From: Phoronis australis
Taxonomy: Eukaryota; Animalia; Phoronida
Direction of reading: 5' to 3'
Length of the DNA stretch: 40,145 nucleotides
NCBI GenBank assembly: GCA_002633005.1
Contig: NMRA01000092.1
Coordinates: forward strand, 325,903 to 366,047
Of the stretch, positions 1-12,565 are shown in pieces (position 1 is the first letter of the stretch; every line of letters begins with the position of its first letter). The translations under genes and the position numbers were made by a program. The notes beneath the pieces were generated by a model, which was not told the DNA's origin, did no database searches, and worked only from the letters and a program-made list of their open reading frames with translations.

Positions 1-370
1 GGAAGTCAACGATTTTCTGTACAATTGTAGCACATGCGTTCTAGTATATTCGTACCGATTTTCAGCCATGTAGGTCGAAAAATGCGGCCTCTACGAGTAT
101 TTGACTGCGAAATCGGATACAAAATGGCCGCCACGTCCGCCATTTTGTATGCGATCATGACCAAAAACAATAGGCTTCTAGGACCTTCCGATCTACATGT
201 TGTGTGCAAATTTCGTGAAAATCGGACGGAAATTGCGACCTGTAGAGTGCGAACAAACAAACAAAAAAAAAAAACTTGCTGTCAGATCAACATACTTGGC
301 GGAAGAATTCCGCCAAGTAACTTAGTGGAAGAGCAACATACTTGGCGAAATTTATTTCGCCAAGTAATAA
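1..370. mobile_element. End of a non-autonomous repeat (Helentron/HINE-like): core repeat, (caaa)n microsatellite and two terminal hairpins
   Basis: Core with aaaatggccgcc and tgtgtgcaaatttcgtgaaaatcgg resembles 31340-31365. An aaca/poly-A run lies at 252-274, followed by perfect hairpins at 293-319 and 339-366. Family assignment is inferred from the architecture. Confidence 0.5.
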
Positions 371-381
371 CAAATACTTAC

Positions 382-879
382 CAAAGAATTCAACACTAAC
401 AGTGTTGCCATATATGTCAAGAAGAACCCAACAGGGAAGGTTTGTGTTTACACCGCTGAAGAACAGTCCTTTGTTTTCACCGTTTATACTATAGATCACA
501 TCCCCGTTGCGAGTTAAATAGAAGTCCAGCACATTGTTCGCCTCAGCATATCTCTCGCCGAGAGCTTTCGCCCAATAGCCAGGTTTGACGGTGAGATCAG
601 GACAGGCATAGCGTGGCAGAGTAGGAACGTTTGTCGTCTGCGGGTCATTATTTGTGAATCCAAAGCGAAGGACGCCACTCCAACTGGTAGATGTCTCTGC
701 GAAGCGCAGGTAGACGCGCTCACCAACTCGCACAGGCCGATTACTGAAGCAGATGCCCTTGCAGAAGCTCTCTACACGCTTGGCACAAGTCCCATTACGT
801 GACAGCGCGATGTTCTCGCTGTGAGCATGGTGGAATCCAAGAGCCGAAGGTCTTCCGAGGCTAACATCCAGCCCTGCAC
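382..879 (-). CDS. neur: Neuralized E3 ubiquitin ligase, exon 2 (first NHR/NEUZ domain); the gene continues beyond the left edge
   Basis: Translation FHHAHSENIALS...ESFCKGICFSNRPV...WSGVLRFGFT..DP...LPRYACPDL...PGYWAKAL...WVLLDIYGNT is the classic Neuralized NHR. Acceptor cacag at 880-881, donor gtaagt at 376-381; 498 nt, phase 1-1. Confidence 0.95.
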
Positions 880-2898
880 CTGTGCGACAAATCAATAGTT
901 ACTGTATGTGAAATATTCCATCACTATGTAACTGATGTACACCCTCGTCCTGAATGGCATGATGTACCCAGCCCATCAAAAGCAGCATTAATAACACAAG
1001 ACCTGACCAAGCGCAGCTAATTGGCTATTAGTATGCCAGGCATTCTAATCCCACAGGCAGTTCAGGGGTGTGGCCCAACGAGACTTTTGAAGGTCAAGTG
1101 TTTGCGTACCCCTAAAAGTCATATACCTCAGGCGTTTTGCCATCCCGTCCAAAGAGGTGGCCTGAGCCAGATGCCCCCTCCTCCTCTTGCAGGATCTGAA
1201 ATTGGTTGTGAATCCCCTGTAATCCACAGGATGGTCCTGCTGCCATGGCAACTGAAACTAACTTCTGTGATAAGAAATGAAATGGGCTTGTCCTGAAGCA
1301 AAATATGGAACCGACTATAGAACAGAAAGTGGCCTTTATCAAAGGTTGGTTTTTGACAGAGGTGGCAGGTTTATTGATCATGCAAAATATGGAGATCTTT
1401 AACTCTAAATTCAAAACACTAGAAAACAAAAATTTTTACAAAATTGGAAACACCAGATTCAAGTAACAAAGGCAAATCATCTCTATTCCACAAACATAAA
1501 ACTTTGTGGTGGATTATGAAAATTGAGTGTCCGTCGTGCTAAAAATCCTAAATAGGCAAAAAACAACCACAAGAAGCGGTGTCTGTAGCTTTCAATGCAG
1601 GAAATATCGTCATGACAACTGGTCAGTCCAGTAAATCTTTCCAGGAGCTAGGCGCCGCTGGTATTTCAAACAGAATCTTGTGACGGATTTGAGTCACGTG
1701 ATCATGTTGCACACAATGCGAGCATCACATGTCTGGGCATGAACCAGTCTGGGCATGACTCGCTATCTCAGATCATGCGGCTTGGATTTTACTCTCAAAT
1801 GAAATCCAGGATTAGCTAATAATTCTAATCCGAGATATCATCTAAATTCAAATTAACCTTCAACATTGCTACACGCCCTTCTTTATCACATATGCCCAGT
1901 CCAAGTTGTTGCATACAAAAAGATAAAACTTAATTTTATAAGTTAACAGAATTTAACTGATAATCTAAATTTTAACCCAAAGAGTCTTTACAAACAATTT
2001 CACATTCTATAAATCCAAATCAAGCCAATTTCAGACACGCACGGTTTCCCCTTAGCAAAAATCTTCCTCTGTGCTAACCAGAGACATCTATAGTTGCATT
2101 TTCAAATCCTGAGCATGTCACTATTAGTTTTAGCAAGATTACAAATATGTACCATGATGTAACCCAATGCCAGTCATCCCACTACTGAAGCCGACAGCGC
2201 AGACTTTTCAAACATGACCCAATATGTTAAACATGACATAAGAGCTTTTCAAATACAGGGCGGCATGATTCTGTAATTTTCAAGATCATGCATACCTGTC
2301 ACTTTTTGCTGCAAAATGGATTAGATTGCCACATCTTAACGAGGAAATACAATGACAAATCAAATTAATGTTCCTGACTATTAAACTCAGTACAGGTATA
2401 TTAGGCAGTGGTGAATATTTGGTAAAAATTTCTCCAAATAAGGATAGAATATGGCCGACGATTGAAATTTTATTTTATTATTTTTCCATGCAAAACATAC
2501 AGCACAAAAGTACATAAATGCTATGCCATGTTAAAGTTTTGCACAGCTAACAGACTAAGTTTTGAAAATTGTGGGAATTCACAATCATGTTAGACAAACA
2601 TGGAAAAAGGAAAGGACATTTTGGTAATTATTTTGTATGAATTTACCGTACATCCAAGCGTATGAATACTCTATCCAGCAATTAAATGGATGTCAGAAAT
2701 ATGAATCGTATTGGTCATGTAAAATTGGCCTCTAAATGTGACAAAACGCGACTAAAAATCCAGTTTTGTTAAGGATTTGGTACAATCACAGTACTACTTT
2801 CTGCGAAACTGAGGAAAGTTACAAGGTTCAACCAGGCATATTTTTCCCAGATTTCTGCTGTTCACCAGCTGAGTGTATAGTCTGTTGGGCTTGTTTCG

Positions 2899-2958
2899 GG
2901 AATCTCAATGTGGACTGTTGAGAATCTCAGTGTGGTCAGTTGACAATCTCTGTGTGGT
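2899..2958. repeat. Three degenerate 22-bp tandem units (gaatctcagtgtgg core)
   Basis: gaatctcaatgtgg / gaatctcagtgtgg / caatctctgtgtgg occur at 22-bp spacing. Confidence 0.65.
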
Positions 2959-5900
2959 AGAAATATACACACTATAGTCACCAGGTGACCTTAAAGCCTG
3001 TCTTTAACAACACCTATAAATTTGGTTCCTACTGTATGTTAAGACCATTGCTCTGAGCCCCACTAGTGCCATGAATTGCCAAATGTAACAAACTGTTCAG
3101 TGGTATTGGCTTGCTTTTGGCTACATCACTGCCAGAATCACCTTACAACACAATGGTGTTCTATTCAGACCCCAATTCAATACAAGTGTTCTTGGCCCTT
3201 CATTGTTTGTACTAGGATCTTGGCATGAAAAGACAGTTTCACTTATCATTTGACATGCTTACATTTGGGTGATTGAACACTGGTTTTCTTATATTACTAA
3301 AGCTTTGCAAGGACTGTATCTGGTTAGCCCAATACATCTAAAATAAAATCCTGTTGAAGTTGGGCTTTAAAGGGAAGTACTTTTTAACGGCATTTCTTTA
3401 CTCTCTGTTACCTTTTAGTCGATTTTCATAAATGGCCAAATATTGCCTCAAACCATTAGTGCGACAAGTTCAGAATATGATAGACTGTCCAAGAGAGCTG
3501 TGTTCTCTCACTTTTTTTTGTTCTACTCAATGGCTGAGACGGCCAACAGTTTTCAGTCTCAGCCCCATTTCTGGTTTGAAGAATTGCTACTTTCATTTGT
3601 TAATCAATAAGAAAGGTCCAAATCACACTTCAGAGTAAAAATGACCAAACTGACTAAAAATGTCTTCTAAAGAAAACATTCCCCTTCAAGTGGCGAAAAT
3701 AATATGGTTATCAGTTGAACAGGAAATGGATGTTTATATGTCAGACACAAGTGGAGGTTCAAAGTGAAAATTAGATTACTGCATGCTGTCACATACTGCA
3801 CTTGACCAAACACAGTTTTACCAAGAGACCAGAATTCACTGTAAACATCAATATACCATTTATTTTCCTTTCCAGGTTCAACAAGTATGTTGTACCACAA
3901 TAAAGTTGGCATCCCTACTGAGACTGCCCATATCAACTGCCGGTGTTGAGGGTTAATTAAAAGCCAGCTGATGAGATTCCACACCTACACTTAGCAGCCG
4001 TTAGGGCACAGTGTACAGTTAGGGCACACTGTACGTCTAGACAAGTTTGTTAAAAAATGTTGGTCTCAGTGATCAATTAAGCTTTCAGTTTTTCTCCATG
4101 AACACACAGGTCAAGTTGACAACTAGACAATTGATTTCACTAATTTTCAAAAAAAAAACATTTCTTTAGATGAAAGAAAATCAAGCAGGGAGACCCACAA
4201 CTGCCATAGAGAGTGATTGTCTATTTGCTAGTATTATGTATAGTATACTAGTATAGGAGTGGATTTTTACAAATATATTTCCAGCACCTATGTTGTAGGC
4301 ATGTGGAGTGCTCATGAGCAAGGATGCAAATTATGGGAGTCACAGTTCACTATTATTGTTGCTGTTGTTGTTATGGTGATTCGGAGGCCCAAATCTGACA
4401 TTCAAGAAACATAACATTACGAAAAATCAGCTTTCTTCGTGGCGGAAACGTTTTCTCTATGGAGAAAATGATTTTTTCTTCGGGCCATCGTAAATTCGCC
4501 CCAGTGCATGTAATTTGTGACATTGAGTTTTGCTTCAATGATTTTTTTATCAGCTGATAAGTGCTTCCATAAGATAGGCCTACTGTAGATAACCAAGAAT
4601 TTGAATTGAACCCAGTCTTGACTGGTGACTGTGTGTAAATATTCTGACAATTTCTTAAAATAAATGGTGGTTAGGGTTAAATTTAGAAAACAAGGCACTG
4701 AACAGCTGTCTGGCAAATCGTAAAAGGGACAATTATCACCTGTATATATGTGCGTTTTTTGCACAAGCACAATAGAGATAATCCCCCAGTTTTGTGTTTA
4801 GACATAATTGACACGGAACAAGATGATCGGGCGCAAGTTGTTCTACCCCACAAAATGGTGACAAAAAGGGTGACAACAGTTGTCACCATAGTATCAATTT
4901 GTCCTGTGTCAGTCCTGTTTACACTCACACTAACACTGGATCATATCATTCCATGTCAACTGATCTGCATCAACTTTTGCAGTGTAACCGACACTTTAGC
5001 ACGGAATTCCTGTATATTGGGAGATAAGCGTTTGTTCCCTTGGAACTGAAAAAGTGTTATTATATACGGAAAAAATAGGTCAGCCACAAAATGTCACATG
5101 ACCCCAACGTTTTGTTGCTTGGCACTGTACACCTGCCATATAAGAAAGTAGGTCAACCACAAAATGTCACGTGACCCTGACATTTGCTTGTATATTTCCG
5201 TTTTGACCTGAAGCATTTTGACTGTACATAATGGAGTACAGCCTTCAATTTCGCTGATGGAAGGAAGGACTATTCCGAAAAAAAAGCTAATTGCAAGAGT
5301 ATTTGTTAGAACTGGGAGGATTTCAGGCCCTTTCATACTAACATCGACATGACGATGTTTTGGCGAGTTGCGGTCAGTATAAAAAGTTAACTCTGGTCAT
5401 GGATCAAAGTTAACAGCACCAATAAACAGACAGATTTAACAGAGGAACATTGACCTTGAAGTCCGGTATGATCGGTCAACATCGGTCTTATCAAAGTTAT
5501 TGCCAGGGGCCATTGCTGTTGTAAACAATTAAAGGGTAGTGTAGACGCTACTATTTGCTAATATTTTGTTCAAATAATCACCAATCGAATTAGAAATGAG
5601 TTTAATTTTAATTATCACACGTAAATGTTATCAAATTGTCACATTAAAAAAACTAAAATCTTAAGTCTGAATGGGATGAATCAGAGCTACCTTTTGATCA
5701 ATTCGATGACGACATTATCACCTACGGTCCACTCTGATGCCATTAACTAACACAGCAGGTATGAACAGTTCAGTTAACTTTGCAGTTTACATCAATTCTG
5801 CTCTTATCAGAGTTAAGTTAGTACGGGCACTTAGACTTCAACTGTCTCCAAGGGCGTCCATCTACACTCAAAAGGTACACATAGCAATCTGATTTTAAAA

Positions 5901-6000
5901 GTTTAGCCATTTCTGAATGTAGTTTTCATGAAATTTCTCGCCATCCAGGATTGATTAGGATGTGCCACTGTTTCTACAGTCCTTGACGTCTTGACTCAAC

Positions 6001-6796
6001 TAGACAGTGACCACCATCTCTACCCGGGTGAGCAGAGCAAAATGCAAATTTCATCAGAAACACTTGAAAAGAGTCTTAAATGGTAGCTTTTGACATGCCA
6101 TTTATGCAACTTTAGCTGGCCCTAGTAGAGACCGCAAAGCTCCTACAGTCCTGAGCTTCATACGCCGGAAGCTTTTGGCAAATTATGCTTCGCACTAATT
6201 AAAACATCAAAGTCACATAGTTATAAGTACCTTTTGTGCATAGAGGGATACCTTAAGATGTTGCCGATGTCTTTAATTCCCTCCAACTAAAACAAATACT
6301 TCTTCTTCGAGCAGTCCTTCATTCAGTTGCCCAAATCAGCAACTGGTCATTTTTATACTGCATATGCAAGGGGATGTGACATCATATCACTTAGCGGGCG
6401 CGGTAAGAATAAATATGGCCAGTTGCCGATTTGGGCAACTGAACGAAGGACTGCTTGAAGAAACAGTTTGATAAGGAGAGTATTTGTTCAAGTTGGAAGG
6501 AAGTAAAGACATCGACAGCCTCCCAAGGTGTCTCTCTATATGCGTAAATATGCCCTGTAACGTGACTTTGATGTTTTAATCAGTGTGGGGCGTAATTCCT
6601 AAAAACCTTCCGGTATATGAACCGCCAAAAGTATTGGGCTAGCTGAAGATGGTGGGCACTGGTCAGATATAGCGGTCCCTGATTTTGAGAACCAGCTTCA
6701 TCCACTGAATAACGGGTTCGTTATTCAGTGAATGCCTGGTTCTGAAAATCAGGGACCGCTATATCCGACCAGTGCCAAGATGGTGGTCACTGTCTA
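6001..6796. mobile_element. Large degenerate foldback (MITE-like) element in neur intron 1
   Basis: tagacagtgaccaccatct (6001) is the reverse complement of agatggtggtcactgtcta (6778-6796). Arms at about 6157-6350 and 6410-6621 are imperfect inverted copies (e.g. cagtccttcattcagttgcccaaatc / gatttgggcaactgaacgaaggactg). Confidence 0.8.
6655..6776. mobile_element. 122-bp palindromic MITE with a 9-bp target-site duplication (Mutator-like)
   Basis: Near-perfect palindrome ggcactggtc...gaccagtgcc, flanked by aagatggtg at 6646-6654 and 6777-6785. Confidence 0.88.
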
Positions 6797-7599
6797 TGTT
6801 AGGCAAAACGTAGCCCCTAGGTTGGCCGGTTAGGGGCTACAATACTTCCAACCGCTTCTGTACGAATTTCGTCCCGTGTATTTTAAACGGGCGGTAAGCC
6901 AAATCCGGTCACCGATTAAGAGTTTTCACCTTGTCAAAAATACATTCCACACTTAAAACTACCACTTAAAAGAGTGCTTAATTTCTTCAGTGGTCCTTTC
7001 TACCTCTACACATATCTTCGATAAAGCTTAGTTACGAGGATTAAGGTGACTTTGACGAAGAACTCCAACTCCACTTTTTGGGTCACCGTTAACTTTTTCA
7101 CCACCCACGCGATAACAATAAAGTATTTCAACTGAGTCACATGAGTTAGGCAAAGGCTAGCCCGAGACTGAGTGAAGCGCGTGACGCTAGCGCGTGACAC
7201 TTGTAAAATAGCATGGGACAGGTATCATGTGAATTTTGTAGGATTTGTGTCCCTTGGACATTTTATTCGCCAACATGCGTGATTTCACATAACTTCCTCA
7301 AAATGGCACCCGGTACGGTAAGAGAAACTCGAGCAAACCGTGACAGATTTTGAACACTTTGTTCAAATTATCTTGACTGAATCGTCTCCAGACTTAAGTT
7401 ATGGTATGTGTTAATTATAACTCCATGTGCATATATGCGTGTCTGATTTGATTTTATTTCCTGTATTTTGAAATTCGTACCTTTTTGTGGGGATGTACTA
7501 TCGCCCTTCTATGCCTGCGGCATCCAGGGCGATATCGTTGTATGACAAGTCAATTGCCCAAGGAATTGTTCGGTTGGAAAATTTCAGTGTTTCACTCAC

Positions 7600-7621
7600 C
7601 TTTGCTTGTATTTCCACCCAT
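7600..7621 (-). CDS. neur: Neuralized first coding micro-exon (MGGNTSK+G, N-myristoylation motif)
   Basis: The minus strand reads gaaATGGGTGGAAATACAAGCAAAG|gtgagt. Its phase 1 joins the NHR exon in frame to give MGGNTSKGAGLDV..., which fits the MGxxxS/T consensus. Confidence 0.8.
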
Positions 7622-7739
7622 TTCACCAATGTCGGCATAAGGCTACGAATAGTAAAGCATAGTAACGAATCAATAATCCCAACGCTAGGTGAATTAACCA
7701 AGGTTAATATTGAAATCTAGAGATAAACCTTTCAAGATA

Positions 7740-7830
7740 ACTCGAAAGCGGAAGTTCCTGTTGACATCCAAAATGGCGACGTCGTTCATTTCCGTCAAAT
7801 CCCGGACATTTCCGGACAAACAGCACCAAA
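7740..7830. promoter_or_regulatory. Probable neuralized promoter with ETS-like (gcggaagt) and YY1-like (caaaatggcg) motifs
   Basis: The motifs lie at about 7748 and 7769 in a CpG-enriched patch 130-200 bp upstream of the micro-exon ATG. Confidence 0.45.
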
Positions 7831-9175
7831 GACCGTTCCATGCCTGTGCCGGTGATGAAGCAGTACGCGTGCGTTCCCATCGTAACCTAGCAACGAATTA
7901 AGACTGCCCCCCCCTCCTCCCCAACAATTGCAAGGGCAACAGATTGTGGTCCCCTCATCACAATAATTTTCTTATACTTTTAATTGCATTTTGATGCCCG
8001 CTGGTCTTAGTCTCATTATCTCGGGTGGAGGCCTACAAAACAACTCGAGTGACTTTCCAAATAAAGAAGCGTTCACGGGAACTTGACGACTTGTGGCTTC
8101 CGCGAAGCCGCCTACACGCTGGAGGCTGGACTGAGGTTAGGTAGTCATTGAACATTAGCAATACAATTTACAAATTTCTCAAATCATCGGAATGGTACAG
8201 ACTAATTAAGCGCCGCGTAAGTTCATTCTCCACTAAGGTGAGCAACTAGGAAAAATTGTGAAAATTAGGAGTAGAATACAAAACGTCTGCTTGTGCGAGT
8301 GTTCAAAAAGGAGAACCAATGTTAACCATGGCACAGTTACGTAGTGAGAGGTATTTTGATTCCAGGTCTAAATATTTTTATAAATCAAAATTCTAGTTTT
8401 CCAAAACTTTTGTATAATGTAGGTACGATCATATACTTGACAAACACGAACAGTTTTTTAGAAAGAGTTTACCCTTAAAAAGTCGAAAATGGAAATTAAA
8501 ATTGTATTTCGACCTGTTAGCTGTCTGAAATGAAAACCGAATTAGGCCTTTTACTGATATAAAATCTATTACATAATATCCCTTACCTGATAGGATTTTA
8601 TTTTCGTTACCAAAGAGAACATCGAAAGTACCAATGACTAAAGTAAATTCTTCAAAATTTATTGGGGATGGCCAATCCTAAAATAGCGAATTCGAAAATG
8701 TTGCGTGTATGCATTGCCTGTGAGTTGAATGGAATCCTATAAGGAATAATTTGGGATCAACTTCATGAGAATAAAAGACCAAATTTCATTTGTATTTCCA
8801 GTCAGCTAAACAGGGCAAAATATTGCTTTAAATTAGTTCCATGTGCCGTGGCTCATATTTTGGGAACACCTTCCTCATTGTGTCTGTCTATGTAAACAAG
8901 AAACGTCGACAAATAAGCAATAAGCGCTTCCTATGTGTGTGGGATAACCTGTATATAAACCACGGGAAAACGAGCAATATCTTACTCCTTGTCTATGTAG
9001 AAATTCTGGTGTGTATAACTAAGCAGGTTGTTCCATGGCTGTGAACTAAACGCACGTAAGTGGTGTATAAACATGTGTAATAGACGAATTAGCTTGACGA
9101 GAAAATGACAATTCATTTTAAAAATTACGAGTAGGCCAACAACACTTGATTAAACAATTTAGCATTACAACGTCA

Positions 9176-9398
9176 TTAGTTTGCAACTGCAGCATCGTCA
9201 TACTCATTCAGATGTTCTATCATAATCGCGTTAGAAGCACTTTCGTCTTCTCGAGCGCGCATGGTGTCATTGATCAACTTCACTAGCTCAGTTATAGTTG
9301 GCCTGTCAGAAGGTTCTTCTCTCATACACATCTTCGACCACTGCCGCATCGCCCCACAGTCAGTCTCGTCCGCCACAATATCCAAAATGTGCCCTAGC
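9176..9398 (-). CDS. Protein kinase terminal exon 4 (subdomains IX-XI); spliced CDS is 2040 nt, 679 aa
   Basis: ccag|G completes DMYSLGHIL; the exon contains CMREEPSDRPTITEL (subdomain XI Arg) and the stop codon. Confidence 0.85.
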
Positions 9399-9556
9399 CT
9401 GGAATATACGACACAGGATCTATGACGACACACAAAAGAACTCTTCACTGTGTACGTGTGGTATGTGTTCTCTACAATACCTGTAACTTTTGAGGTTGTG
9501 ACTGGCGATCGCAAATGTTTATGGTATATAATTTACCTGCTCGTTTTTTTTTTCAC

Positions 9557-10530
9557 CAGGCTTTAGTGTTCTAGCATTTCTTGAGTGTGACAAGCCGAAT
9601 TTAGTGTGTTGATGTTGTCATGAGTGCGCAGGTTAGTCGTGCCAACATCACGGGACCGTGACTAGTCGCAATAGTAAAGTTGAAAGTTCTTGGAAACCAT
9701 TAAATAAAACCTATAAACTTTTTCGACTGCAGCCCTTGCGACAAAACATGGTGTAGCGTTTAGGCGCGTCTTACAGGAGTAATTTGAAATCAAAACTGGA
9801 CCAAAGGGAAGGAAGCGAAAAAGCCATTTCCTTACTTTTGCAAAAAAAAAAACTCCCAATTGCACATCAAGGAATTTGTTAAATGCATTGCATTGCTTAA
9901 AATTTTACTTTTGGATACTCTCAAACTCTCGGTGTATTTGTCGATCCTACACAGGACGACGATAAAGGAGATGACCATGTGACATAGGAAAAAAATGTAT
10001 GAAAAGACGGTTAAATTTCGAGATCGGTCACGTCTCATCTTTAGCAGCAAGTCATTTTAGCCTAGGTATCAGCAAGTAGTGCAATCCTTTTGTGACCTGT
10101 TCTTGTAACTGTGTTCAGCCTAGTTTCACATGATCAGTTTTAGGTGTTTAGTGATGACGTTTCTGCCACCATGGTGATGCAATTTGAGCCCGCAAATGGG
10201 AAAAGAAATGCAGTCACATCACATTTTCAAAAATTTTGCAGATCTTGGATTTTTCTTCTGATGCAGCTAACCACCGGGTCACTTTATAGCACTTGAAGTT
10301 TTTACAAATTTATGGGTTTGGATTAAGCGGTGTGCTCACACAACGGTTGCACACATTGTATGCTACCGGGGAATTGAGAAGGGTTAAAATAGTCAAATAG
10401 CTGTCTCTAGGCGAGAAAAATCAAGCCAAAATCAGTACTCTCAGTGAAAATACACGACAGTCTCGCGTAAATTCGTGAAGTCTTGCTTTTTTAGCGAAGT
10501 CCTAGTGAGGTCCTAGCATTACTGAACTCT
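9557..10530. mobile_element. Probable non-autonomous DNA transposon in kinase intron 3, with a related terminus at 15842-15880
   Basis: 10477-10527 (gaagtcttgct...ggtcctagcattactgaact) is the reverse complement of agttcagtaacgctaggacctc...agcaagacttc at 15842. The left end cagggctttagtgttctag matches only weakly, so boundaries are uncertain. Confidence 0.4.
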
Positions 10531-10817
10531 ACCCAGGTTTATGGCCAAGTAATAATTTTCGAAGTGCTTAGTAATTTGCAGCGCTACGTAAATCTGGCCC
10601 GATTATTATTACTGTTTTAAATTTTGGTACTTAAATTTATTTGATAGGGTCCAAAACGTCAAAATGAAGTCATGATGAACAAGCGAATAGCCTTCATTTT
10701 ATCAAAATTGACCATAAGTTTAAGAGAGTGTCCATTGAAATCGTAAAGAGACGACACTGCAACCCTGCGCACGGGAGAGTCTGCTGCCCTACTCCAGTTT
10801 CATAGTGACTGACTTAC

Positions 10818-10996
10818 GAGTACATGTCCGCGGCTTTGCTTCCTTTCTCGCCAGCTCTGACTTCGGGAGCCAAGTAGTCCCCGGAGCAACTACCCATGCT
10901 CATGTCATAGCCCTTCGTTGCAAACCCCATGTCCACGAATCGTGCCTCATTTGCTTTGACAAGAACCACGTTGTCAGTTTTGATGTCATTTACTCT
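10818..10996 (-). CDS. Protein kinase exon 3 (catalytic loop to subdomain IX)
   Basis: tag|RVNDIKTDNVVL...FVDMGFA...YLAPEV...AADMYS|gtaagt; 179 nt, phase 0-2. Confidence 0.88.
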
Positions 10997-11630
10997 CTAC
11001 GAAAGGTGTAGAGTATTTTGTTCAGGACATTAAACCGGCACACAAACCCTCGAAAGCTTAAACAATAAACAATAAACAAAAAGTCTGATCATCCAGCAAG
11101 GGCTACTTACACTTTGGGAAAGCCTACACTAACCAAGTCTGAAAAACTTTTGTGATAAAGTATTCAGTCGTGCTCGGTGGTTTTGTGGAAAAAATCTTGC
11201 AAAGTTGAAGATTCTTATATGAGGGCAAATAATATTTGACATGTGTAGAGGATAGGCAAAGCGAAAAACTTGTAGAAGAGACTGTGCTAGTAATTCAGTG
11301 AGGCATCGTGGTCTCCGAAATAATTTTTAATGTTCATTGCGAAAAATGTAATATACAATAATTGGAGTTCAACCCACAAGGTGAAATGTGTCATGTGGAA
11401 TAGAACATGAATTTAAAATGCACCGTACCTGAGCTTATTACCGTCATCTTCAAGATTTGCAAAGTTTCAGTTAAGTAATGTGTCAAAAATTTATGAACGA
11501 GGGAAATTCCACCGAACTATTGAAGGAAATGAACCAATAATACAGAAAACAATATATAATTACCGTAATATGCGGGTACCTATGTGCAGCGAATTACCCA
11601 AGCAAAGTGGCATCAACTGAAACAACTTAC

Positions 11631-11882
11631 AACATCTAGATCATGTATCTTCTCCAGAGATGTAGCCAGAGCGAAGATTATTGAGAGCCATGTAGCTTGT
11701 TGGACATCCGTTTTGTTGCTGACCTTCACTAGAAAGTCATGGAGCGTAATACCTTGGCCTATCAGTTCCATAACCAACCCAAACTTGTGCTCGCATTTCT
11801 TAGTGACTCCATACAGTTGAGGCGTGGTGCCTGTATCTTTGAGAGCTAGCAGAGCTTCTACTTCGGTTTCGATGTCCTCAAT
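11631..11882 (-). CDS. Protein kinase exon 2 (subdomains III-VIa)
   Basis: tag|IEDIETEVEALLALKDTGTTPQLYG...LVMELIG...WLSIIFALATSLEKIHDLDV|gtaagt; 252 nt, phase 0-0. Confidence 0.88.
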
Positions 11883-12565
11883 CTATAATCGTAAATTGGA
11901 AAAAGGGAAAAATATTACAGCATTATACAAGTGGTGACTCGTCACTTCCGCGTCGGTCCTCTTTCATACGCAGTTCGTTGGTGATACGCGTAACAGCTTC
12001 TTAACGCTGCAAGCTACAGCACTCAAACAACGGGACGTTTGTAAAGAGGGCCTCATATGCAGTAATGGTTCCTAAGCCTCTGGTCACCAAATTTCACTTG
12101 AAAAGCGATTAAATATGGCCGTCCGTGCGGCATACTTGGAGAAAAAAATTCAAATTTCTACTGGGCTAATACGACTTGATTGGCTATGTTTCGAGTTCAG
12201 CTTCGAGAAGGCTAAATTTTAGTGATCCTGGTGCGTGACTTCTTCTCAGGATGGGACGCCAGTTTTTCATATAATCGGCCTTCTATACTTTCACAGAGCA
12301 CCATTATTTGTCCGCAAGGAACATTTTGGCACCGACAATTCCAACTGTTTGGGAATATTAAAGTAGGTCAAGTCTGAAGGCGCACGGAAACGCTGTTCCA
12401 CTATCATGTTACGTTGTCAGCTTTTGAGGGCAGAGCTAATGGAAGCGCAGTGGTTAAAACTCTAAACCATCACCTGTAATTTTATTTCTATTCAGACTGT
12501 TGAATATTGGATCGTGGTCATAAAACTGTCATACTTTAATGAAAAGAAGTGGCCAAATCAATTAC

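Noticed and set aside
1127-1292. Exon-like segment (cag...GAG|gtatat) upstream of the neur NHR exon
   Set aside because: The open frames end in phase 0 or 2, while the NHR exon needs phase 1, and the phase-1 frame has a stop. It could only be a non-coding or poison exon.
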